Positions 8,001 through 19,614 of a stretch of 22,356 nt of DNA are shown here, one piece after another. The stretch comes from Proteromonas lacertae. Taxonomy: Eukaryota. Location of the stretch: assembly GCA_002245135.1 (NCBI GenBank), contig NGBS01000299.1, forward strand, positions 186,001-208,356, read 5' to 3'. The notes under the pieces were generated by a model. The model was not told the origin of the DNA. It did not search any database and saw only the letters and a program-made list of their open reading frames with translations. The translations under genes and the position numbers were made by a program. The first letter of the stretch is position 1. Each line of letters opens with the position of its first letter.

Positions 8001-11000
8001 AAATATTGGCTTAACATTTTATCGTGCTGCTAATAGTGGGTGGATTGAAGAATCTTCTGGAATATTAGACATATTAATATCAATATTTAAACGTAATTTC
8101 CAGTCACAATGGTTAATATCTATTACTTTAAACACAATTGGAATGTTGGGAGAAATACCAAAATATTCAACTGAATTAATAAAAGAGAAGAAGATAGTAA
8201 ATGAAATAATATTAAACAACTGGACTGATCCAATGATTGGAAATGTCTGTTTACATTGTGCAAGTATTTTAGGACAAGAAAAAGAGAGTTATGAGTTATA
8301 TATGGAGAAGAATATTGAGAAAGTGTTGGAAGATTCATTGGAAAAGAGTTTAAAAGATAATGAATGCGACAGTACCAATTTGATTGAAATGTTGATTACA
8401 ATTTGGAAACATAATCATAAGTTTAGTATATTTAAAAGAAAAGACATTATTCCAATAATATTAGAAATATGTCGCAAGAATACACATAATATTTCTACTC
8501 TGTATAAAGCAATTATTCTTCTATCCTTAATGGTATGTGAAAAAGAGAAATATCAAAATGCTATTATTGAATCACTATCACATAAACAAAAATTATCTAT
8601 ATTTCTTAATATAATGGATAAAGTATCAAGTCTTAAAGAGAAGAAGTTTAGGCCATATTCAAAATACAATTATACTATCGTGTTTGAATATTTATAAAAC
8701 TATTTTACCACAAATAGAAGCTGAAAAGTATAAAAAGTATTTTGGTGAGAGTGAAGATTATATAATATCATTTATCAATGTATTAATCAAATATTCATCT
8801 GAAGAAGTAGTAGAAATTTGTAAAGAAGTGTTGACAATTATTATGACAGAAAATGATATAATAAATTTAATAGATAAAGCCAAAAAGCATGTAGAAGATA
8901 ATGAAAATAATTTAGAGAAATGTTTATTATATTTAGATTATTTGACTTTACCTTATACATTAAGTAATAAATTTTCATCTCGTGAAGCAGAAAATATAAT
9001 AGAACCAATGAATTCTTTAATCCATCATTATTTACAAATGATAGGAAATGAAAAAGAGAAAGAAAGAAAAAAGTTCTTTGATAAGTGTTTGCAGTGTATA
9101 TTGAGATTGTTCCATATTAATAATGAATTATCACTTGATCAATTTGTACCAGTTCTTTTGATTCTTGTCAAAGAACAAGTTACTTATGAAAATATTCTTT
9201 GTCTCAATATCTTATGTAATAACGAGAGGTTTAGAAAATTAATAGTCGAAACACATCCTGAATTATATATCTTTCCTCCTTTACATACAAAGGAAGTTGA
9301 TAAGAATTCAATAATGATTAAACATTTATTAAGTTTCATCAGAACTTTAGAAGAAGAGGAAGAGTTTAAAAAGTATATTGCATTACCACAAACTGAAGAT
9401 GGTGAAGATATTTGTAATGTAATTGGTAATTTAATATCAAATACCAATGATTTTACTATTATTCATATATCATTACAAATATTGAGTGAATTAATTGAAG
9501 CATGGGGTGAATCTCCATTAAAATCAGAAGTAATAGTAAATTCATTAGTAAAAGTGTTATATCAAATAGACCAAGGTGAAATACAAGCTGTTGCTACTAT
9601 AAATAATAATAATGAAAATGATAATAACAATAATGCAAATGCTCTTGTCAAAAGTGATAGTAATTATGATATTATGTTAAGTTCAAGTAATTTACATATA
9701 TGCGATGATATACTTCCTGAAAGATATAGTGAATTAAATATTGATAATGAAACAATTGAAGAAGATTTACAAAGCATATTAACACTACTTGGATCTTTTT
9801 TCCAAAATAGTGAAAATACACAAGTAATCTGTAGTTATAGTTCAAATGGTATAAAAACAATAACCCATATAATTGAAACAACCAAAAATTTTGATATAAT
9901 TTGTGGATGTGTAGGTGTATTAGTAATGATATGTCAAACTGAAGATGGTGTCTTATGTGTCACTGAATATCCCTGGGCTGACTTAATGTTACTTATTATT
10001 AATCAATATGATGATGAAGATTCTGTTACTATGATTTGTACTTTATTATCTACAATGTTTAATTTTGATTCGATGTTAGAAGAATTATGTGAAGTATTAG
10101 TTACATCTGAATTGTTAGCAAAATTGACAAAATTAATACCAACCTTTGAAAATGATGAGTTGAAACAAGTTCAAACTGATTTATTGACAAAAATAGCTAA
10201 ATCTGGTGTATTTTTACAACCAGCTATGTTTAAATGTTTAAATGAATTATTAGGTGTATGTAAAAATATAGCTGATGATAATGAAAAAGCATTATTACCT
10301 AGATTTAATAATGCTTTTCAAACACTTATTGATCATTTAGAAAGTGAAAATTATCAAAAATTATTTGTAAGAATTCAAGGAATTAATTGTACTTGTATGT
10401 GTATTCAAGAAATGAGAAAATCAAAGAGATATAAAAACAGTGAATCATTATTGAAGAAATTAATAGAATTATTAGACACTTTAAGTTATAAAGGAGCACC
10501 AATAGAGAATCAGGTTAATGAATTCACTTCAATCATTAAAGATTGTGAAAAGAAAGTCTCATTATTTGATCCAATCTTCTCTTGTATATACAAATATAGC
10601 AAAACAGAAGATAATTGTACATTATTAATATCAAAGAATATAATAGAGACAATCATGACTACTGTACAATATTATCCATCTAATTTAACAGTACAAAGTT
10701 GGGCATGTAAATTGTTCGATATTTATTCACAATATAATACATCAATAATGAGATTACTTAATCATGGAGTATTATTCTTTATAATGATATGTTTGAGGAA
10801 ATTTATTGAAGATTCTGAAGTATTAGAATCATCTGCAAATATATTATCTCGATTAATTTGTAATGATGTGTTGAATGATTTTGTAGAAGACGATGGTGTG
10901 ACAATAGTATTAGAAATACTCAAGAAAAGATGTGATATTCAACAAATATTAGAACCATTATTAAAGATTATATTGTTAGTGATGAGAAATCCTGATTATA

Positions 11001-13996
11001 TACAAAAAGTACTGAATTCTGACATTATTAATATTGGTTTATCAATAATGTTGATGTATACAGACGAATCATTACATGAAATATGTAAAGAAATATTAAG
11101 GAAATGTATAAATGATAATGTCATAAATGCAATATTAAAGGAAGTAGATGATTCAAATGGAAATGATTTGATAAAAGGTTTAAGTAAGATTACTGTTTTA
11201 TTCTCAATTCCTTCAATACAATCAATGGTACCAGCTGATACAGTATATGGAATAATATTTCCTATTTTGGATAGAAGTTTATCAGATCCTACAGTGTGTA
11301 GATTAATATCACAAATTTTTGGATTATTTGAATTCCCACAATTAATTGAGAAGTTTTGTAGTGAATATGATTTAATACCAAAGATATTTGATGAAATGAG
11401 TGATAAGTCTCAAGATTCTTATGTCTTATACTCATTATTTGAGTTATTATATGCTCTTTGTTTAACAATGTCATTTGCTGAAGAATTCTGTCAGACAAAC
11501 AGATTACAATTGATATTATCAACAGTTAAATTGCATATAACAGAAGATAATATAATTACATCATTCATTCGATTGTTGAATAGAATAGGAGAGTTATTGC
11601 CAATTGATTCTGTAGGATGGAGTGGATTAGCTCATTCATATACAATATCAATTTATAAACAAGTATTAGATGAGATTATATTATTGAAAAATAGAGAAAT
11701 GTTATTGAAATTTATTAATTTCTTTATAATTATAAGTAAAGATAGTGATACAGTTCGAATTGAGAATATTATTACATCTGATATAAAAGATAATATTTTA
11801 TCAGTTATCAATGTATATTTAGATGATGTAGAATTGCTTTACCATTTTCTTACATTAATTACTTATTGGATTATTAATGATACAGCAGCAGATGAATTTT
11901 TGTCAAAAACACTCCAAAATATAATCGATATATTATCTAGACATAAGTCAAATCCAAAGCTAATGAGTGCTACTTTGAATTATTTGGTTTGTATTTCTAG
12001 ATACCAATCATCGTGGAATCAATTCTTAAGTACAAAATCAATAAGTAAAATTCAAGCTGTTATTCAAGTTCATTTGTCAGTACCAAGTATTGTTGCTAGT
12101 GGAAATATTCTATTGATTAAATCAGGCAAAGAATTAAGTGATAAATATATGATTCATGTATTGAAAGTAAACAGTGAAAATCCAGATATTCATGCATTTA
12201 CTGGATTATTTGAACAGATCGATACATTTGCAGTTATATCACATCAAGATGCATTACAAGCCAAGCATGTAATGGAGAATAGATTATCAGTTAGAATACT
12301 GAAGATAATGGAAAAAGAGGTTTTGAACCAATCTAGTAATATATTATTACCAGCTGCAAAGATATTACAAGATGTAGAATTGAATGAAGAAATAGCACAA
12401 TTAATAGCTGAAGAGAATTGTATTCCAATATTATTATCAATAATGAAGAAGAATATATCAACTTTGAAAATTCTAAAACCATTGTTACATTATATGTCTA
12501 AATTATGTTTACATGATAGTTTAAAAACACAAATATATCAAAATGATGGTATTGATATGCTATTAGATATTTGGAATAATTGTTTTGATGAAACTGGTAG
12601 TAAATCAAGAATGAAGATTATCAATAGGTGTTGTATATGTTTATCAAATCTAACATTCTATAAAGAAGATTGTGTTAATGCATTTCTAGATCATGATGGT
12701 TCTCATGCAATAAAATATACACTTCAGAATTATAGTAATGAACCTGATTTGCCTGTTATTAATTCTACTCTGAATCTATTGTCAAATTTACTATATGAAA
12801 ATATTCGAGCAAAACAAATAATATCAAAAGACTGTTTAGGTGAAATAATTAGATTATTGGATGATCAATCTGGTGATAGAGAAATGTTAGAAGTATTAAT
12901 TCATGTAATTGGTAATATTGCATCTTATACTGATAATATTCCAGTTCTTTTTGAAAATAATATAATAATGAAAATATCGAATTGTCTAGAATTGTATGAA
13001 ACTGATTATACTATTTTGCAAGACTTATTTTTAGTGATTAATCATTTAACATCAGAAAAAACAACATTCATTCAAAGAAATGTAGAATTGGATAATCGAA
13101 CATATGTATGTAATTCCAAATTTTTAAACACTGTTATATCAATAATGCTGAATGGATATACAAATAATGAATTAATAATGTGCGGATTAGAGATATTATT
13201 AAGTTTAGTTAACGAGCCACAATGTGTAAGGCAAATGAGAGAATTTAGAGTATTAGAATTGATGTTATTATTATTTGATATATATTCATATGATATTATT
13301 ATTATGGAGTATTCTGTAACTTTGTTAAATTCCTTGCTTAGCCAATCGGATGAGTTTGTATTAGAATGGGTAAAATATCATGGATTAGAATTAACAGTAT
13401 TTGCAATAGAAGTAAATATTCATAATTTATCATTCATTGAATCTTCAATAGAATCAATTACAAAATGTGTTATTAAAGTGAATATTACTGAAGATATCAT
13501 TCCACCACAACTAATTCCAACCATTGTTTCTACATTAAATGATGGAAGTAATAATAAAGCAGATTCTCCCTATATTATTATATGTTTTATACTGTTTGAA
13601 GCTTTAGCTACTTTATGTTTTACAAAAACATTGTTAGTTGATGGAATGATAGAGACAATAATAAAGAATATGAAGATGCATTTAGGTAATACTGTATTGC
13701 TTGAACATGGTTTGAATTTAATATCACTACTATCATTTGATCCAAAATCAATATCAGAATTTCTTTCAAATAATGCAGTTATACTCCTATTGACTATAGT
13801 AACAAGACATTTTAATAAAGTTAGAATAATGGAATTAGTTGTACAAGCAATAGATAATTTTGTTACTGTTAGTAAAGAGATGAGAGATATATTGAGAAAG
13901 AACCAAATTAGGGATTTCTTGTGTTTGTTTCAAGCATATGAGAGTGAGAAAATTAATGGATTATTGCTGAGCATTTTAACAATTCTTGGATATTAA
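5068..13996 (+). CDS. Giant armadillo/HEAT-repeat alpha-solenoid protein (~2,890 aa), one gene with a +1 frame break near 8630-8680
   Basis: Predicted exons: 5068-5122, 5149-5205, 5236-5244, 5269-5397, 5430-5663, 5697-6074, 6113-6262, 6297-6446, 6485-13996. GT-AG introns are 26, 30, 24, 32, 33, 38, 34 and 38 nt. The model joins ORFs 5121, 5357, 6260, 6445 and 8684. Recurrent amphipathic ARM-like helices include 'IIETIMTTVQYYPSNLTVQSWACKLF', 'GIDMLLDIW...CCICLSNLT' and 'MIETIIKNMKMHLGNTVLLEHGLNLISLLS'. I recognise no catalytic domain. Confidence 0.78.
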
Positions 13997-14243
13997 ATAT
14001 TGCTTTGCTATTCTATTTTCTGTGTGTATTATTAAAAATTTTACCTGTTTATATACATATCTTTCACCCTAACTCTTGTGTTTCAGTTGTTATATATGGC
14101 ATTTACATTAATATAATAACTATAAAAAATATTCATGGAGATAAAAGGATTGAATGATATTATCAACCTTTTTTGGAAGAAAACATATATTCGTTTCAGA
14201 ACAATCTTTGTGTTTTTGTTTATTCATTTTTTTAGATCTTATA

Positions 14244-15091
14244 ATGAGTTATGTATTATAATATTGGTATTTTATTATAGAATCTTGCTGAAGCTGCTGA
14301 AAAAATAGTTAATGAAAGATTTGCTTGCAGAAAATATAAAGATCAGCAAATCTCCAGTGGATTATTAGAAAGAATTTTAGGTTATACCATGGTATAGCAA
14401 TATTTAAGTATTATAAATATTAGAGAGCACCATCATCACTAAACATGGCTCCTTACCGATTGATTGTAGTAAAAGACAAAAAGATGTTAGAAAACTTGCA
14501 TGAATGTTATACAGACTTTAATATAGAAGCAACAAAGAACATACAAGCTGCTGTCGTGTTTTGTGCTGATCAAAGTATAATTAAATGATTTCATACTCAT
14601 ATATTGTAATAGAACCAAGTCAGAATTATGATGAATTTAGAAAACTATCGGAAGCATCAGGCAAAACTGAAGAACAAACACAAATGACTTTAAAGTACTG
14701 CGATATGTTATACCCAGCATCATGTGCAGAATATCCATGTAAATGTGGTAAATACATTAATCCAGCAATTGTATAATATTTCGCTTATTTTATACACTTC
14801 AATTAGTCATGGTCTAATCAAAGTATTGGTTTAATTGCACAACAGTTTATGTTATTATGTGCAGCTAATGGTTTATCAACTCTTCCAATGGGAGGATTCA
14901 TTGAATCAAAAGTGTGTAATGTATTGAAAGTACCAAAAACATATACTCCTCAATTAATCATTGCAGTGGGTTATGCTGCTGAAGGAGCTCATCATTATAT
15001 CTCCAAAAGATATGATCCAGATCATTTAATTTACGAAGATGAATTTGGAAATAGTTATAAGGGCATTGCAGTTCCTGAAATCAAGCAATAA
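14244..15091 (+). CDS. Nitroreductase-family FMN-dependent oxidoreductase (~237 aa)
   Basis: Exons: 14244-14252, 14281-14391, 14424-14574, 14613-14770, 14807-15091 (714 nt). GT-AG introns are 28, 32, 38 and 36 nt. Motifs: 'ERFACRKY' (RxSxRxY-like), 'RAPSSLNMAPYRLIVV', 'FMLLCAANGLSTLPMGGF' and 'LIIAVGY'. An optional upstream in-frame ATG at 14135 is reachable via intron 14193-14235. Confidence 0.9.
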
Positions 15092-15438
15092 ATCATATAA
15101 TGATGTAATTGTGCTTTGATTGTATAGAATATGTTTAAATGGGGGTATTAATGGCAACCATAATAAAATAAATGTAATAATATTTTTTTCACAACAATTA
15201 AAATATCAACTAGTAGACACTGACTATAAATCGAGGAAATACAAAATTTTTTATTTTAAAATACACTTTGGCTTGATCTAGTCAAGCTCTATAAGTTTAA
15301 TCTCTTAAAAAACAATAGCTAATAGTTTATGCTAATAAATTAAACGCCATATGTGTATCAAAAAAACTAACAAACAGTTTGGAAGTATAGAATACAAAAG
15401 TTACAACACAATAATCTTGCTGTTTGTACTAGAAAAGC

Positions 15439-15533
15439 TATAAAAGTGGGGAATGTAATTTATATACTCACTACTCTAAAAAGAGTTGGTAAGTTTTTTT
15501 ATCATTGTTGATTAATATTCTGTTTTTTTATAG
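15439..15533 (+). promoter_or_regulatory. Putative TATA box and 45-nt 5'-UTR intron upstream of the metallopeptidase
   Basis: TATAAAA at 15439-15445, a TCA initiator-like site ~29 nt downstream (15468), and G|GTAAGT...TTTTTTTATAG| at 15489-15533 with strong splice consensus. Confidence 0.4.
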
Positions 15534-15635
15534 GTATGGTATTTATAAAGTGATACAAAATAACAATAAAGGAAGAATATTCATTCATTTTATGGGTGGT
15601 TTTATGTTTACAACGTAATTTTATTCGTTTCAAAA

Positions 15636-18410
15636 ATGAATTCTTTTTTATTCTTTTTGTGTATTAGTGTTACATATGCTGTAAGAGTCATAAATGCTAC
15701 TGTTGAGGTAAATTTAGATACACAAGGAGGTGTTTATTTTGCCTATGAACAAGTTTTCATTAATCGAGTCTTGAATTATAGAGATTTCAGATTATCTGCG
15801 GGTTATGGTAAAGCTACATTCGATATAGTAGATCATGACATAACCCTTATACACTTCTTCCCTTTGCCTGAACCAAAAATCGAAAAATCTACAGGACCTT
15901 ACTCTCCACTTTATAGAAAAGAAATATATATAACGATATTTAGAGGTTCTGATAGAAAAATCCCATCCAAATGTTTATCTGTAGAAAGAATAAGAAGTTA
16001 TGTGAAATATGTGGAATTAGGAATGAGATTATGGTCAGCAAATCAGATCAGTATATATCAAGGAGATGATATGTACATCAGTAACTGTTTAGTAATCGAT
16101 GACAGCTATTACGTTAAAGGCGATGTCAGAAATCCGTTGTTAATTGAATCAAATAAAACTAAATTAGTTCCTAATGTTGGTATTCGATGGTTTATAACAG
16201 ATGATTTCCCTGGTGAATGGATAGGTTTAGCATTAATAGGAAATCCATGGGTGGCAGTTAATTCAAGAGCAAATTATTGGACAATGTCCAAAAGAGGTAT
16301 AGGTAATGATGATGATAAATGGAATGGAAGAGTTTATACACTAATTCATGAATTTGGCCATAATTGTGGATTTGATCATAGTGGTACAAGAGGTGTAAGT
16401 GAAAGTGGAAATTTTTATAATTTTGATGTTGCTAATAATTATAATGATTGTGGATCTTATATGGCTAATTGCAACTCATGGAAACATACTGTTACAACTA
16501 TACAATATTGGCAAGTTATTACTGAAAATAAACCAGAACCATGGCAATATAAAGATGTAGAAACAGGTGTTCATAAGTACAGAATATATGCCAATGATCA
16601 TCCATATTCCAGATACTTCTTGGGTAAAAATGAATCATATCATAGGGATGGAGATATATTTGATGGAATTCCTTTCAAATATAACTGTTTAGCTGTTCGA
16701 ATACTAGTGAATACAAGTTTTACATCGAAATATACTGGTGCCAAAGATTCTTCTGGTATATTGGTCTTAGAATATAAACACAATCCAACACTTGAAAGCG
16801 CTCAAGATTTTGGAATAAGAGTCTTAACAGGATCAAAGAAATTAAGTAATGTATTAGATGCAAATATTGATAAGCTTGATGGTTGGGGTGATAGTGCAAT
16901 ATTTGGTTATGGAATGGATTATTATCCGTCTGATTTTGATACAGGTACATTAAGAATTCGATTAACGAAAATCCATAAAGCACCATTAAAGGGGAATTTA
17001 GAAGAATTAGTTGTTAAAGAAGACAAGAGAAACTATGATGAAGCAAGTTATGCAGAAGTGGAAATCGAATGTTATCCGAATAAGAAATATACTCCTCCAA
17101 AAACAACTCCTCCAAAAGGTTTACCTACTTTATTATTTTCTCCGAGTATTCATAATTGTAAAAAGAATGCAGATGAAAGTGGTTATTCATGCATTAGATC
17201 ATCTGCAACACCAAGTGGTTGGTATTACTTTGTAAATGAAAATAACCGAAATAAGCATATTCCAAGGTTTTATACAAGTAAAAATGCTTTAATTAAAGGT
17301 AGAAATGCAGTTCGTTCATACAGAGGAAATGATTTTACTAATGGAAAAGTATGTTATGGTGATGATGGTACAAAATGTATAACAATTACAACAACAGCAA
17401 TGCTTTATCCAGGTGTGTTAAGAAAAAATTTCCAACATGCTTCAGTGAAAAGAAGCAAAACACATGGTAAAAATACTACAGTCGAAGATTTAGGAAATGC
17501 AAATTTAATATATGGAACTTATGTAGATGTTCCTTCAGGTGGAAGAGTGTATGTAACTGATTTATTTGGAAGTGAAAAGAACTTAAGAGTAGTGAAGAAA
17601 GTATTTGTAGAGTTATTACCAGAATTAGAAACTGATGGATTTGCTGAAGGAGCTGTAATAATGAAAGATAGGAATGGAAAAGTAATATATTATGATTCTT
17701 TTACATTCTATCAACAAGAAAATGGAAACAGATTAGCATTTGGATATGATGATAATAATGAGATAGAATTATCTCCTGCTGTAATTCCGAATGATAAATA
17801 TACAACCACTTCAATGTTATTTTCAAAATTATTAAAAGCAAATGATTGGTTTATTTATCCAATTCTTTATCTGAATGATAATGATTATGTATTAATCGAC
17901 TTTAAAGGGATAGTGCCAGGTGGATTAGTAATGATAGTAGAAACAGATATGGGTGAATATTCTAGAGATTTGAGTGCATTAAGTGGTTTGAATAGTGTAT
18001 CGTATAAATTAACATTCATGGAAATACATATAGCAACAATTGGTTGGAGTGAAATAGATAGAATTAAGTTTAATAAAGATGTTGAAATTCAAAATATTAG
18101 ACCAATATATTCTAATAAAGTTGGAAATCAAATAACAAGTGTAAACGCTGTTAGTGATAGTTTAAATTTTGATGGTTATAAATATGAAGTAAATGCACCA
18201 AAAGCTGAAGATAAATATATCTATAAAAGAGTAAACGTTGAAATTAATGGTGTAGAGTATTCATTTGATAATCCAACTTCAATTATAAATCCCTCTAAAA
18301 GTTCTTCAAAAGGCTTAAGTGGAGGAGCAATATTTGGGATAATTGTTGGTGTTGTTGCAGTTATAGTCATTGCTTTAGTTGTATGTAAAATGATTAAATC
18401 AAAAAGATAA
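15636..18410 (+). CDS. Membrane-anchored zinc metalloendopeptidase, metzincin clan (M11/gametolysin-like), 924 aa, intron-free CDS
   Basis: N-terminal signal peptide MNSFLFFLCISVTYA. Zinc motif HEFGHNCGFDH (HExxHxxGxxH; 16347-16379) is followed by a Met-turn 'YNDCGSYM', similar to the M11 'YxDxsxxM'. C-terminal 'GLSGGAIFGIIVGVVAVIVIALVV' TM helix with a short basic tail. Confidence 0.85.
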   Translation: MNSFLFFLCISVTYAVRVINATVEVNLDTQGGVYFAYEQVFINRVLNYRDFRLSAGYGKATFDIVDHDITLIHFFPLPEPKIEKSTGPYSPLYRKEIYITIFRGSDRKIPSKCLSVERIRSYVKYVELGMRLWSANQISIYQGDDMYISNCLVIDDSYYVKGDVRNPLLIESNKTKLVPNVGIRWFITDDFPGEWIGLALIGNPWVAVNSRANYWTMSKRGIGNDDDKWNGRVYTLIHEFGHNCGFDHSGTRGVSESGNFYNFDVANNYNDCGSYMANCNSWKHTVTTIQYWQVITENKPEPWQYKDVETGVHKYRIYANDHPYSRYFLGKNESYHRDGDIFDGIPFKYNCLAVRILVNTSFTSKYTGAKDSSGILVLEYKHNPTLESAQDFGIRVLTGSKKLSNVLDANIDKLDGWGDSAIFGYGMDYYPSDFDTGTLRIRLTKIHKAPLKGNLEELVVKEDKRNYDEASYAEVEIECYPNKKYTPPKTTPPKGLPTLLFSPSIHNCKKNADESGYSCIRSSATPSGWYYFVNENNRNKHIPRFYTSKNALIKGRNAVRSYRGNDFTNGKVCYGDDGTKCITITTTAMLYPGVLRKNFQHASVKRSKTHGKNTTVEDLGNANLIYGTYVDVPSGGRVYVTDLFGSEKNLRVVKKVFVELLPELETDGFAEGAVIMKDRNGKVIYYDSFTFYQQENGNRLAFGYDDNNEIELSPAVIPNDKYTTTSMLFSKLLKANDWFIYPILYLNDNDYVLIDFKGIVPGGLVMIVETDMGEYSRDLSALSGLNSVSYKLTFMEIHIATIGWSEIDRIKFNKDVEIQNIRPIYSNKVGNQITSVNAVSDSLNFDGYKYEVNAPKAEDKYIYKRVNVEINGVEYSFDNPTSIINPSKSSSKGLSGGAIFGIIVGVVAVIVIALVVCKMIKSKR

Positions 18411-18419
18411 TGTGGATAG

Positions 18420-18481
18420 TTATTCACATATATATCTTTATACTTATGTACATTTATTCATATATATCTTTATATATGTAC
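18420..18481. repeat. Imperfect ~30-nt tandem duplication in the 3' intergenic region between the peptidase and RRP43
   Basis: TTATTCACATATATATCTTTATACTTATGTAC is followed by TTATTCATATATATCTTTATATATGTAC. Confidence 0.7.
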
Positions 18482-18563
18482 CTCTTAATATGATTGTTTT
18501 TATATCTATATTGTTTTAGTGAATAATGTTGTTTTGAGTAATTAGATTTAAAAAAAAAGTCAT

Positions 18564-19501
18564 TTAAGAAAATAATTCTGTTACAATTTGTATTCTAGAT
18601 CGCATTTTATCGAATATAATCCCCATTTTCTCTTTATCAATTGGACTACCTCCTTCTTTTTTCATTCCACATATCTTTCCATCTAAACTACAAACTACAG
18701 TTATTAAAGAATCCATAAGACTTTCCTCTCGATTAATTGGATCAATTAAATACAAATCATTATAAATTCCTATAGTCAGAGGAGAAATAATAGAACATTC
18801 AATATTCTTTGTTGTAGCTATTTATATATAATAACAAAAAATAATCATAATAATTATACTTCTATCTATAACATATTGTTCATCTTCTCCTTTCACAGCT
18901 GATGGGATTTTTAAATCTTTCAATGCTCCTAATAGTGATAAAAAGCAAGCATCAAGTAATGATCCATCATAATTTGTACATAAAATTGATACTCTTAATA
19001 CCCATACTGCTTTACTCTTTTCAATACATAATTGACTTAAATCAAAGCAACCTGAATTAATAACAGTTCGTGTGATGAATTCAGCTATGCATAATGACTC
19101 TTCAGTAGGTTTTCCTAATTTAAATTGAGAATAACATAAAGGTGATAGTATTACATTTATATCTACAAGAATATAGTCATATACAAATATATTTATACCC
19201 ATAAGTCCACATTCTGGTGTTACATCGGAAGGTACTCCTATTTCTAGTTTTATTCCTGTAATTACACTAGTATTACCTACATTTACTTGGCATGACCCAG
19301 CCGCTGTGTGTATTGCATCTATTCATTAATAATGCTAATATTTACTTAATCTAATTGATATTTTTCTAGCTTCATCGATATTTCTACCATCACTTCTAAT
19401 ATTTTGATCTAAATATCTATACACATATAATGTTCACTTGTATACTTTTGTAACCATATTTTGGGAGTTAATTTATAACAGATTTCTTCTTCTTGATTCA
19501 T
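18564..19501 (-). CDS. RRP43: RNA exosome core subunit RRP43/EXOSC8 (RNase PH-like), ~267 aa
   Basis: Minus-strand exons: 19501-19446, 19416-19346, 19318-19199, 19162-18860, 18817-18564 (804 nt). GT-AG introns are 29, 27, 36 and 42 nt. Motifs: 'YLDQNIRSDGRNIDEAR', 'AAGSCQVNVGNTSVITGIKLE', 'LCIEKSKAVWVLRVSILCTNYDGSLLDAC...ALKDLKIP' and 'LIDPINREE'. These fit RRP43 better than RRP42 or RRP45. Confidence 0.88.
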
Positions 19502-19614
19502 TATGTTTGATGGTAATTCAAGCTTTTTCTATATTTTTTTTTATATTTGAAAGCATAACATAAACCACAACAATTTATATAAAAATCAAAAATATTGAGA
19601 ATTTGAAAAACATT

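Noticed and set aside
8599..8638. Second possible AT-AG minor intron (ATATTTCTT...TCTTAAAG) that would fix the ARM frame break
   Set aside because: The 5' site matches the U12 consensus poorly, the branch motif abuts the acceptor, and the removed segment (IFLNIMDKVSSLK) reads like a genuine repeat helix.
15271..15287. Hairpin GCTTGA-TCTAG-TCAAGC in the intergenic region
   Set aside because: Only a 6-bp stem, with no tRNA, snRNA or snoRNA features recognisable around it.
962..18427. Short ORFs overlapping larger genes (962-1180, 1985-2239, 5479-5745, 5767-5982, 8019-8219, 8123-8338, 9184-9447, 9672-9881, 11289-11522, 16720-16986, 17011-17235, 18221-18427)
   Set aside because: Antisense or off-frame shadows of well-supported CDSs, with no motifs.
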